A stretch of DNA of 25,696 nucleotides, from positions 1 through 25,696 of the forward strand of contig CAYZLS010000003.1 in NCBI GenBank assembly GCA_964479355.1, in the 5' to 3' direction. This DNA comes from an uncultured Wenzhouxiangellaceae bacterium (GTDB lineage: Bacteria; Pseudomonadota; Gammaproteobacteria; Xanthomonadales; SZUA-36). The notes beneath the pieces were generated by a model that worked only from the letters and a program-made list of their open reading frames with translations, was not told the DNA's origin and searched no databases. Below are positions 6,617 through 15,769 of this stretch, one piece after another. The position numbers and the translations under genes are program-made. Position 1 is the stretch's first letter. Each line of letters opens with the position of its first letter.

Positions 6617-9034
6617 TCAACTGCGTATTCTTTGCCCGGCCGGATCATACGGAGCTTGCGCCAGGACATGCGCCACTCTTTCCTCACCGACAATGTGTAC
6701 GCTCAACTGTGCCTTTGATTCGACGACTTCCCGGTCGATGTAGGCCAGTGCCAGGCTCATGCCAACATGATGACCATAGCCGCCCGAGGTCACAAATCCC
6801 ACGCGACGACCAGCCGCCCAAATGGGCTCATACCCTGCCGCATCGGCATCAGTCGCTTCGATTGCAAGTGGCACAAGCTGTTGCGATGGACCGGTCTCCT
6901 GCTCGAGGATTGCGGCATCGCGTCCGATAAAATCACCCTTGTCGAAGGCAATGAAATGATCAAGCCCGGACATGCCGGGCGTGTAAGACTGTGCAAATTC
7001 CGTAGACCAGCTACCGTAAGCTTTTTCAAACCGGAGGCTGTCAAGCGCACGTAAGCCGATCTGGCGCAAACCAAACGGCTGGCCGGCAATACTCAATGCA
7101 GACCATAGGCAGCGCTGTTGAATCGCCGGCACCGAAACCTCGTAACCGAGTTCGCCTGTCAATGAGATGCGCGCAACTACAGCCTGCGTCATGCCGATGT
7201 TCATGGTTTGGCAGGAAAGGAATGGCACCGCGGAATTCGATACATCGACATCGGTCAGTGCAGCCAGGATATCTCTCGATCGTGGTCCGGACAGGGAAAA
7301 GCCCAACCAGCACTCAGAAAGATTTTCAACCTTGACACCCGATCTAGGCAGATGATCACGGAACCAGCGAAGATGCCATTCCTGCAATATATAGGAGCCA
7401 ACGAGCCAGAAACGATCGTTTGCGAGACGACTCACGGTCAGGTCACCCATCAATTTGCCGGCCGGACTCAACATCGGTGCGAGGCGCACACGACCAACAG
7501 CGGGAATCCTGGACGCGAGAATATGATCAAGCCACTTTTCGGCGCCGGGGCCGGAAACCTCGTACCGGGCATAGATGCCGGTCTCAAACAAGCCCGCAGC
7601 GGTGCGGGTTGCAGCAACCTCCCGCGCGACAACTGCGTGTGCATTCGATCGTCTGAGCGAAGGAGCCTCGGTAAAGTCAGGGTCGTCAGGTACGAAGAAC
7701 AATGGCGTTTCCATTCCCCAGATCTCGCCAAAGTGTGCGCCTTCCGATTTCAGAACGTCGTAACAGGGGGAGGTTTTCAGCGGTCTGCCGGCTGGCAATT
7801 CCTCATTGGGGTAGGCCATGGCAAATCGCCGTGCATAAAACTGCCTTGTGGTGTCGGCCAGGTACTTGTCGTTACAGGCGTAATTGCCAAAGCGCGCAAC
7901 ATCCATGCCGAATACATCGAAACCGGGATCACCTTCGACCATCCAGTTCGCCAGCGCCAAACCGATGGCACCGCCCTGTGAGAATCCTGCCATGCAACCA
8001 CATGCGGCCCAGTAGTTCTGAAGACCGGGCACCGGGCCAATCAATGGGTTGCCGTCCGGGGTAAATGTAAATGCACCATTGACCCAGCGTTTGATACCGG
8101 TTTCCTGCAAAACGGGAAACCGTTCGAATCCAACCAAAAGCTCGTGTTCAATGCGGTCGATGTCTTCCGGCAGAAGGTCCATGCCAAAATCCCAGTCAGC
8201 GCCCTGGGGGTGCCAGTGAACCGGGTTGCGTTCATAAACACCGAGCAGTACGCCCGTGCCTTCTGGTTGCAGATAGGTGAAACCATCCAGGTCTGTAACC
8301 GATGGCATTTCTTCTTCAAGCGCTGCCAGTTCGGGAATGCTATCCGTCACCAGGAAATGGTGCTCCAGCGGCACCAGTGGCAGGTCGATGCCAGCCATAT
8401 GTCCGACCCGTCGCGCCCACAGCCCGGCCGCATTGACGACGTGCTCGGCGGTCAAGTCGCCCTTTTCGGTGGTAATACGCCAGCGTTTGTCAGGCAGTTG
8501 GGTTAGGTTGGTTACGCGATTTCTCAATATTGTCTTCGCACCCAGTTTTCTCGCGGCGATTGCAAATGCATGCGTGGCTCCGTGGGGGTCGAGGTGACCC
8601 TCCTGTGGATCAAACAAGCCACCTATGACGCCATCAAGGTTGACGATCGGAAACCTCGCCTCGATTTTCTCACGACCGATAAGTCGCGCATCCATTCCCA
8701 GCGTCTGGAACAGCGCCCACTCTGATTTGAGCCACTCCCACCGCTCCGGTGTGCACGCGAGTACAATACCACCGGTGCTGTGCAAACCGACATCCTGGCC
8801 GCTCTCTTTTTCAATCTGGTCATAAAGCGCGATGGTGTAGCTCTGAAGCGCTGCGATATTCGGGTCCGAATTGAGAGCGTGGAAACCACCTGCCGCATGC
8901 CAAGTTGACCCTGCTGTCAATTCCGCGCGCTCGATCAACGCAATATCGGTCCACCCGGCACGTGCAAGGTGATACAAAACACTTACCCCGACAATTCCAC
9001 CGCCGATAACAACCACACGGTAATGATCAGTCAC
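6617..9034 (-). CDS. Dimethylglycine/sarcosine dehydrogenase-like FAD-dependent oxidoreductase with GcvT folate-binding domain (~805 aa)
   Basis: VVIGGGIVG, GSTWHAAG (covalent-FAD His motif), VVNAAGLWA, FTPDGNP, RISLTGELGYE, VTSGGYGH. Start reassigned to GTG 9034, which overlaps the soxG stop (GTGA). Confidence 0.93.
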   Translation of the reverse strand: MTDHYRVVVIGGGIVGVSVLYHLARAGWTDIALIERAELTAGSTWHAAGGFHALNSDPNIAALQSYTIALYDQIEKESGQDVGLHSTGGIVLACTPERWEWLKSEWALFQTLGMDARLIGREKIEARFPIVNLDGVIGGLFDPQEGHLDPHGATHAFAIAARKLGAKTILRNRVTNLTQLPDKRWRITTEKGDLTAEHVVNAAGLWARRVGHMAGIDLPLVPLEHHFLVTDSIPELAALEEEMPSVTDLDGFTYLQPEGTGVLLGVYERNPVHWHPQGADWDFGMDLLPEDIDRIEHELLVGFERFPVLQETGIKRWVNGAFTFTPDGNPLIGPVPGLQNYWAACGCMAGFSQGGAIGLALANWMVEGDPGFDVFGMDVARFGNYACNDKYLADTTRQFYARRFAMAYPNEELPAGRPLKTSPCYDVLKSEGAHFGEIWGMETPLFFVPDDPDFTEAPSLRRSNAHAVVAREVAATRTAAGLFETGIYARYEVSGPGAEKWLDHILASRIPAVGRVRLAPMLSPAGKLMGDLTVSRLANDRFWLVGSYILQEWHLRWFRDHLPRSGVKVENLSECWLGFSLSGPRSRDILAALTDVDVSNSAVPFLSCQTMNIGMTQAVVARISLTGELGYEVSVPAIQQRCLWSALSIAGQPFGLRQIGLRALDSLRFEKAYGSWSTEFAQSYTPGMSGLDHFIAFDKGDFIGRDAAILEQETGPSQQLVPLAIEATDADAAGYEPIWAAGRRVGFVTSGGYGHHVGMSLALAYIDREVVESKAQLSVHIVGEERVAHVLAQAPYDPAGQRIRS

Positions 9035-9483
9035 AACCTTTTCCCCACCTTGTTCAACGCATCGCAAAGACTTTCAGCGTAGCTTGCAGGCACCCATATC
9101 TCGTCTGCATCGGCTACGAGCAGTAATACAACCGGGCAATCAAATAGTGACAGCGCCGCACATTCGCGACCATTCAGCACCAGGTCGGTATGGGCACCTG
9201 CTGCCAAGACCTTGCGGGCGCCTGACCCGTGCAGACGATAACCACACCACTTGCCGGTTGCATCGACCGCGATTGCTTCGGCAGTTGCTGCCACGGCTGG
9301 AGTTGTGCCTTTATGGTTTATGGCCAACAGGTAACGCTGCGCAAAGTGAAATATGCGACTGTCATTTTCGATGACCGCAAAACCGGGGTTCACACCATGT
9401 TCCGCAAAACTCGCCACCACATGCCACTCCACGCAATCGGTCACGTTGATGACCTCGAGTTGCCACTGCGCCAGTGCACTCAT
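9031..9483 (-). CDS. soxG: Heterotetrameric sarcosine oxidase gamma subunit-like (short, divergent, 150 aa)
   Basis: Position after soxA with ATGA coupling; VDATGKW-x-YRLHGSGARKVLAAG and EIWVPASYAESL echo the SoxG C-terminal pattern. Confidence 0.75.
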   Translation of the reverse strand: MSALAQWQLEVINVTDCVEWHVVASFAEHGVNPGFAVIENDSRIFHFAQRYLLAINHKGTTPAVAATAEAIAVDATGKWCGYRLHGSGARKVLAAGAHTDLVLNGRECAALSLFDCPVVLLLVADADEIWVPASYAESLCDALNKVGKRL

Positions 9484-12410
9484 GATTTCATCCTCGTGCC
9501 CTGGGGATCAAACTGCACCGTCGACACTGTTCTGACCGGCGTATCTCCACCCCGCAACGGATCACGTGCTAGCAATGTAGTGCCCTCTTCTCCATGTTGG
9601 CGTGCCACCAGCGCCAGCCCTATCCATTCGCCCAGCGCCGGACTGAAATTGGCAGAAGTGACATGTCCACATGAACGGTTGGGTTCGCTTGTGGTCGTGA
9701 TTTGTGCACCGGTCAGGAATTCTTGGCCCGATTGGCTGGACCGCAGACCCACCAGGTGGGGCCGCTCTAAGCTGTGCAGACCGGGACGATCCAGCAGGGC
9801 ACGTCCAATGCAAGGATTGCCCTGCCCGACCATCCAATCCATGCCCAGGTCCTGGGGTGTTGTCTGGCCATTGAGTTCCGCGCTGGTCAGGTAGCCCTTC
9901 TCTACCCGTAGCACCTCCAATGCCTCAAGACCATAGGGCAGCATGTCCATATCCGACAACGCCTGCCACAAGGGCCCGGCGATTGGTGCCCGGCAATGCA
10001 GCTCATAGGCCAGTTCACCGGAGAAACTGGCTCGCAGCACACGCAAGCCGTGGTTTTGCCACTGACCGGCAACAAACTCCATATGGGTCAGCTGTTGCAG
10101 ATCATCCTGCCAAACACTACCGAGGACCTGGCAAAGAACCTCGTGACTGCGTGGGCCAGCCACCACGATCACGCCCCATACTTCGGTCACATCAGCGATA
10201 ACCACACCACGGTATTGCGCTTCGAGATCGCGATGAAATTCGACGTGGGACAGGACGTGACCGGCGTGCCCCGTACTTACCGTAGCCAGGAAACGCTCAG
10301 ACTCCAAACGCATGACAAGACCATCGTCCAGCACCATGCCATCTTCACGCAACATGACCATGTACTTACTGCGCCCGGGCTTGATCGTACTGGCCCGGGT
10401 AAGATAGATATGATCGAGAAATGCCCCGGCACCAGGCCCGGCCACCTCTATCTTGCCCAGCGTGGAGCCATCCAATATGCCACCCGAGGCCCGCACACGG
10501 GCTGCCTCGGCGAGACCTGCAGCGACAGGGTCGGAGCCGTTAGTGCGGTAGTAACGGGGTCGTTGCCAGCGGCCCGCGTCTTCCATTACCGCACCCTGCT
10601 CAAGATGCAGGGAATGCAGTGCAGTACGCCGCTCGGGGCGTAGTGACAAGCCCTGACGGTGAGCAGCGATAACACCGAGGGTCGCGGGTTTGAATGGCGG
10701 ACGGCGACGGCTCGTGGTGGTGATCTTGTCATCACGACCAGAGAGCTCGGCCAGGATCGCGGCACCCATAACTGCACTGGTACGGCCCTGCTCGGTGCCA
10801 AAACCAAGCGCCGTGAAACGCTTTACATGTTCGATGTCACAAAAACCCTGTTCAAGGGACTGGCGCAGGTCAGCAACCGTGACGTCATTCTGCAGATCAA
10901 CAAACTGCCGTTTCTCACCCTTGCGGTTCGTGGGTGAACGCCAGAACGGTTCAACCCCTGGTTGCGGATCTCCACCGGTGATTTCAACGGGGAGCGAGTG
11001 ATTGGCAAGTGGCAAGCTGTCATCGGCCTCAACCCCTGCCCTGGTGGCGGCGGCGATACCGGCCTGGTGACCATCTGCAATGGCCTCTTCCAGTTCCAAT
11101 AGGCCGTTCGCAGCACCCGCAGCGGAACTCCAGGCTTCGGTAGCGGAAGCCAGGCCGCTGATCGGACCAGCAACGGAGTGCAGCGCCGCATAGTAATCCG
11201 GTATCCAGCCAGCGCTGACGAGCAGGCTGTCACAGCTGATGTCCTGTTTGATGCCAGACGCATCAAGTACCGCAACCCGTACACTACGCAGACTACGACC
11301 ACCCAGCGCCACCACGACGGCGTGACCGCTTAGGCAAACTACCCCTTCATCTTCAAGAGACGCCTGTTCGGGAGCCTCGCAAACCGGGCGAGTATCGACG
11401 ATCGCCGCGACATTCATGCCACCCTTGATCAGGCGTTGAGCCGACGTGTACAGACGGTTGTGGCAACCGAACAGGACAACATTCTGACCAACGCGTACAC
11501 CGTAGCGTGCCAGGTATCGCTCCGCTGCACCAAGTAACATCACACCCGGCAGATCATTATCGACAAAGGCAATCGGTTGTTCGATGGCGCCGGTTGCAGC
11601 AACGAATGCGCCGGAGTGAATTCGGTAGACAACGGCCTTGTCCGCCAGGCCGCCGGGCTCACGGTGTGCAACGACTAACTGGCCAGAACTGCCGACAACC
11701 GCGGTTTCGGTCAGAATACGTACCGAGCGTGCCTGCAATTCCTCGAGCGTTGTCCTGACCCAGTCAAGGCTAGCATGGCCGTCTATGACTGCGTCTTCAA
11801 ACTCCAGTTCTCCACCAAGCACCGGTTCACGTTCGCAGATCATGGTTCGCGCACCACCACGCGCTGCTGCAAGTGCTGCGGCGAGGCCTGCGGGTCCGGC
11901 CCCGGTGATCAGTACATCACAGTCAATGTGCTCCACCCTCGGTGGTTCAAGCGTACTGCCACTCGCCGTCGCACCCAGTCCGGCCAGACGCCGGATGATA
12001 CCCTCGTAGGCGTGCCATCGGGGCCACATGAATGTCCGGTAATAAAAACCGGCGCTGAATAAACCGCCAACGACACCAAACACCGAAGCGAGGTCGTAAC
12101 GTAACGACGGCCAGCGGTTCTGACTGACGATTCGCATGTCCTGCTGCAAGGTGAGGCACGGTGCCGGAAGGTTGGAGATGCAAAACTCTCCAGGATTGTT
12201 GGTTAGAAGGGCATTGGGTTCCTCAAAGCCTGCACTCAACACGCCACGTGGTCGATGGTACTTGACACTGCGCCCAAACAGTCTTGTACCCGCTGCGAGC
12301 AGTGCGGAGGCCGCGGTATCACCAGCAAAACCCTGGTAGGTTTTGCCGTCAAAACGGAAGCTGATCTTCTCATTGCCCAACCTGTGGCCGGTACGAACGG
12401 GCGTCTTCAT
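9480..12410 (-). CDS. soxA: Sarcosine oxidase alpha subunit family (~976 aa)
   Basis: FRFDGKTYQGFAGDT-ASALLA, RSVKYHRPRG, GAGPAGLAAA, FVDLQNDVT, HVKRFT, DGSTLGKIEV, RASFSGELAYE. Start reassigned to ATG 12410, overlapping the soxD stop (ATGA). Confidence 0.95.
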   Translation of the reverse strand: MKTPVRTGHRLGNEKISFRFDGKTYQGFAGDTAASALLAAGTRLFGRSVKYHRPRGVLSAGFEEPNALLTNNPGEFCISNLPAPCLTLQQDMRIVSQNRWPSLRYDLASVFGVVGGLFSAGFYYRTFMWPRWHAYEGIIRRLAGLGATASGSTLEPPRVEHIDCDVLITGAGPAGLAAALAAARGGARTMICEREPVLGGELEFEDAVIDGHASLDWVRTTLEELQARSVRILTETAVVGSSGQLVVAHREPGGLADKAVVYRIHSGAFVAATGAIEQPIAFVDNDLPGVMLLGAAERYLARYGVRVGQNVVLFGCHNRLYTSAQRLIKGGMNVAAIVDTRPVCEAPEQASLEDEGVVCLSGHAVVVALGGRSLRSVRVAVLDASGIKQDISCDSLLVSAGWIPDYYAALHSVAGPISGLASATEAWSSAAGAANGLLELEEAIADGHQAGIAAATRAGVEADDSLPLANHSLPVEITGGDPQPGVEPFWRSPTNRKGEKRQFVDLQNDVTVADLRQSLEQGFCDIEHVKRFTALGFGTEQGRTSAVMGAAILAELSGRDDKITTTSRRRPPFKPATLGVIAAHRQGLSLRPERRTALHSLHLEQGAVMEDAGRWQRPRYYRTNGSDPVAAGLAEAARVRASGGILDGSTLGKIEVAGPGAGAFLDHIYLTRASTIKPGRSKYMVMLREDGMVLDDGLVMRLESERFLATVSTGHAGHVLSHVEFHRDLEAQYRGVVIADVTEVWGVIVVAGPRSHEVLCQVLGSVWQDDLQQLTHMEFVAGQWQNHGLRVLRASFSGELAYELHCRAPIAGPLWQALSDMDMLPYGLEALEVLRVEKGYLTSAELNGQTTPQDLGMDWMVGQGNPCIGRALLDRPGLHSLERPHLVGLRSSQSGQEFLTGAQITTTSEPNRSCGHVTSANFSPALGEWIGLALVARQHGEEGTTLLARDPLRGGDTPVRTVSTVQFDPQGTRMKS

Positions 12411-12658
12411 TCCGGACCCCCGGTTTTGACAATGCTGTCGAGAGCCTGTATTTCCAATACCTCGCCAGTTGAAGGATTGCGCCAGATTTGCAGCCATTGG
12501 CGACATCCACTGACATGCTGCCAGTACTCGACACAGCTGTCAGTGCGGTTCAATCGCTCATACACAGCGCTGATTGCATCATCACTTTCCGCCACCATGC
12601 CACGGCAGTGGAATTCCTCCGCTTGCCTGGGACCGCAAAATGGGCAATGTAACTGCAT
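12407..12658 (-). CDS. soxD: Sarcosine oxidase delta subunit (83 aa)
   Basis: MQLHCPFCGPR...EEF...EYWQHVSGCRQW, with the Cys/Cys/His/Cys zinc ligands; ATG 12658 is 1 nt after the soxB stop. Confidence 0.93.
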   Translation of the reverse strand: MQLHCPFCGPRQAEEFHCRGMVAESDDAISAVYERLNRTDSCVEYWQHVSGCRQWLQIWRNPSTGEVLEIQALDSIVKTGGPE

Positions 12659-12659
12659 A

Positions 12660-13934
12660 TTAGTGCAACCCCGCAAACGGGCCTGTGCCCACTTCATCGA
12701 TTGGCCTGCCCTCGGCGAAGCGCCGCAGGCTGAAATGACGGATCAGGTCTGGCGCAGTGCCACTTGCCACGAACTGCGCAAAGGCTGCGCCGGAGGCGGG
12801 TATGGCTTTGAAACCGGTGTAGCACCATCCGCCATTGATGAATACGTTTTCGTAGCCCAGGCGATCCATGATGGGGCTGCCATCCATGGTCATGTCACAA
12901 GTGCCAGCCCATTGGCGCAACAATCTCAAACCGGCGATCTGCGGTAACATGGTGACAGCGCCCTGAACCACTTCGGCGAGACGATGCCACTGTGCCTCTT
13001 GGTTATAGGAAGCAAATCCATCCAGCTTGCCACCCATGACCAAACCGCCCTTATCTGACTGGGAAATGTAGGTCTCGGCATCGTCGTAGAGCCAGATCAG
13101 CAGGGTGTCGAGTACTGGTTTGACCGGTTCCGTTACCATGGCCTGTAACAGGTTCGTTTCGATCGGTAGCGGTACACCGAGCATGGTACCGATCGGCCCC
13201 GTGTGACCCGCCACCGCGAACACGATCCGCTCGGCCTTGACATGACCACACGTGGTTTCAACACCAGTTGCGAGCCCTGCTGATGTGCGCACCCCGGTGA
13301 CTTCACAGTCCTCGATAATATCGACCCCCAACGCTGCCGCTGCCCTGGCATAACCCCAGACAACGGCATCATGCCGGACCGTGCCACCGCGCCGCTGCAA
13401 CAATCCGCCCACAATCGGGTAGCGTTGAGGGCTCTCGAGATCCAGTTCCGGAACAAATTGTCCGAGGGACTTACGGTCAAGCAATTCGGCGTCAATTCCT
13501 GCCAGGCGCATGGCGTTGCCGGTACGTGCGAGTTCGTTCATCAGGTCATCAGAGTGAACAATCTCAACCATACCGCGCGGGCTGTACATCACGTTGAAGT
13601 TGAGATCCCGTGACAGGGTTTCCCAGCGCCGTAGTGAGTCTTCGTAAAAATGGTGGTTTTCCGGCAGTGTGTAGTTCGAACGTACGATGGTGGTATTTCG
13701 GCCTACATTGCCATAGCCCAGCAGGCGCTTTTCCAGCACTGCAATCCGCCGGATACCGTGATCCCGTGCTAGGTGATAGGCCGTCGCGAGGCCGTGACCA
13801 CCTGCTCCCACCACCACAACATCATAAGCATCCTGCAGTTGGGTTCCACCCCACAGGCGTTGCCAATAACTGCCGCTGGCCCGGGCAGCTTTGACCAGCG
13901 ACCAGCCCGAATAGCGCTGCTGCGGCTGTCTCAT
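12660..13934 (-). CDS. soxB: Sarcosine oxidase beta subunit (424 aa)
   Basis: RYSGWSL N-terminus, GAGGHGLATAYHLA, GNVGRNTTIVRSNY, GTVRHDAVVWGY (covalent-FMN His motif), GGWCYTGFKAIP. Confidence 0.96.
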   Translation of the reverse strand: MRQPQQRYSGWSLVKAARASGSYWQRLWGGTQLQDAYDVVVVGAGGHGLATAYHLARDHGIRRIAVLEKRLLGYGNVGRNTTIVRSNYTLPENHHFYEDSLRRWETLSRDLNFNVMYSPRGMVEIVHSDDLMNELARTGNAMRLAGIDAELLDRKSLGQFVPELDLESPQRYPIVGGLLQRRGGTVRHDAVVWGYARAAAALGVDIIEDCEVTGVRTSAGLATGVETTCGHVKAERIVFAVAGHTGPIGTMLGVPLPIETNLLQAMVTEPVKPVLDTLLIWLYDDAETYISQSDKGGLVMGGKLDGFASYNQEAQWHRLAEVVQGAVTMLPQIAGLRLLRQWAGTCDMTMDGSPIMDRLGYENVFINGGWCYTGFKAIPASGAAFAQFVASGTAPDLIRHFSLRRFAEGRPIDEVGTGPFAGLH

Positions 13935-14013
13935 GCCAGCCTGTTCACACTAGCCCGCAACTGGTATGTCCGGAGGGACTGGCGCGGCTACGGTCATCGG
14001 AAGAATGGGCAAT

Positions 14014-15756
14014 TCAGTTCGCGCTGCGGCTGTAGACGATGCGACCGCCGAGCACGGTGTGCAGCACTCGCGCCTGCAGCAGTTCGGCATCCGGCACGCG
14101 TAGAATGTCGTGCGAGAGCACCACGAAGTCGGCGAGCATTCCCGGTGCGAGTCTGCCCTTCAGGTCTTCCTCGAATGCCGCCCAGGCATTGTTGCGGGTA
14201 TAGCTCGCGAGCGCTTCGACGCGCGTGAGACATTGTTCGGGGTGGAACGTGCCGCCATCGGTCATGCGTCGCGTCACCGAGCCATAGAAGCTCGCGAGCG
14301 GATCAATGTCTTCCACCGGCACGTCGGTGCCGTTGGTCACAACAGCACCAGTGTCCCACAGCGAACGCCACAGCATCGAGCTCTCGCCCGCGCGTTTTTC
14401 GCCGAGCCGTTTGGCCATCCACGAGCCGTCGGAAGTCGCGGACACACCGTGCATCGAGGCGATAACACCAAGCTGTGCAAAGCGCGGCGCATCATCGGCG
14501 TGCAGGTGCTGTGCGTGTTCGATGCGCCAACGCAGTCCGCGCGGATTTGCCTGCCCACGCCACACCTGCTCGTAGAGGTCGAGAACCTCCCGGTTGGCGC
14601 GATCCCCGATCGCGTGTGTGTTCAGCTGGTAATCATTCGCGAGTGCGAGCCGCGCCGTCTCCTCGATCATCGCCAGCGAATCCACCACCAGCCCGATGTT
14701 TTGCGGCTCGTCGGCGTACGGCTCGAGGAGCCAGGCGCTGTGCGATCCGAGCGCACCATCGGCCAAACGCTTGATGGAACGCACCGTCAAGAAATTGTTC
14801 GCGTACCCGACCACGCGGTACCGCGCTAGGTTGGCAGCAAGGTTCGCGTTCGACTCGTAACCGACCATCGCGTACATCCGCACCGGGAGTTCACCCGCAT
14901 CTGCAAGCTCGCGGTATAGATCGATGGTGGCAAAGGGAACGCCTGCATCTTGAAAGCTCGTGATGCCTTTCTCGAGCGCTTCGCGCCCGGCGCCAAGTGC
15001 CCATTCACGATAGATGGCACGCTGCACCGCCGGGTCGCGTGTGCTCGCGGCGCGAAATTGTGCTTCGAGCACGAGATCCGCCGCGCGGTCCACGAGCCAG
15101 CCGGTGGCCGCCCCCGTGGCATCACGCGCAATCGTGCCGCCCGGCGGATCAGCACTCATGTCATCGATGCCGGCCAGCGCAAACGCCGCGGCATTGGCCA
15201 TGTAGCCGTGGCCGCTTGCGTGCTCGAGAAGCACGGGGTTGTATGGTGCCGCGGCATTGAGTGAAGTATTCAGCGGCACACCGTCGACGTTATCGCGTGG
15301 CACCGACGACCATTTCTCCTGGTGCCAGCCACGGCCTAGAATCCACTCACCCTGCGCCGCGCCTGCTGTGGCCTCGCGCACTTGAGCGACAATGGCATCC
15401 CAGTCGCGCGCCCCGCGCAGGTCGAGCGTACCCTGCGATTCGCCAAGCGCCATAAAATGGCCATGCCCCTCGATGAATCCGGGCACCACGAGCTTACCGC
15501 CCGCATCAAGTATGCGCGTGTCCGGGCCGGCCAGAGCGCTTATCTCCTCGTTGCTGCCGAGCGCGGCGATTCGGTCACCGCTAACCGCCAGCGCTTCAGC
15601 GTGCGGTTGAGCCGGTTCCAAGGTCTCGATTGCGGCATTCAGAAGCACCAGGTTCACTGGCGGCGGGGCCACAGCCACGGCCGCGGGCATGCCGAGCAGG
15701 AATACGCTGCAGAGTCGCCCCATCATTCGTTTTACGATCACGATTTTGATCTTCAT
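14014..15756 (-). CDS. Exported amidohydrolase-3 (YtcJ-like), ~580 aa
   Basis: Signal-like N-terminus, PGFIEGHGH, ADGALGS, NTHAIGD, RIEHAQH, GTDVP, GRLAPGMLADFVVL. The ORF-track extension to 16047 overlaps the upstream gene; the start is ATG 15756 or possibly 15726/15723. Confidence 0.92.
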   Translation of the reverse strand: MKIKIVIVKRMMGRLCSVFLLGMPAAVAVAPPPVNLVLLNAAIETLEPAQPHAEALAVSGDRIAALGSNEEISALAGPDTRILDAGGKLVVPGFIEGHGHFMALGESQGTLDLRGARDWDAIVAQVREATAGAAQGEWILGRGWHQEKWSSVPRDNVDGVPLNTSLNAAAPYNPVLLEHASGHGYMANAAAFALAGIDDMSADPPGGTIARDATGAATGWLVDRAADLVLEAQFRAASTRDPAVQRAIYREWALGAGREALEKGITSFQDAGVPFATIDLYRELADAGELPVRMYAMVGYESNANLAANLARYRVVGYANNFLTVRSIKRLADGALGSHSAWLLEPYADEPQNIGLVVDSLAMIEETARLALANDYQLNTHAIGDRANREVLDLYEQVWRGQANPRGLRWRIEHAQHLHADDAPRFAQLGVIASMHGVSATSDGSWMAKRLGEKRAGESSMLWRSLWDTGAVVTNGTDVPVEDIDPLASFYGSVTRRMTDGGTFHPEQCLTRVEALASYTRNNAWAAFEEDLKGRLAPGMLADFVVLSHDILRVPDAELLQARVLHTVLGGRIVYSRSAN

Positions 15757-15769
15757 AGAAATTGCGTCT

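Noticed and set aside
7208-7981. 257-aa plus-strand ORF and the other long antisense ORFs within the sox, amidohydrolase and TBDR genes
   Set aside because: Expected shadow frames of GC-rich coding DNA; no recognisable domains or RBS.
12411-12506. N-terminal extension of soxA in the ORF track
   Set aside because: It overlaps soxD by about 100 nt; ATG 12410 gives canonical ATGA coupling.
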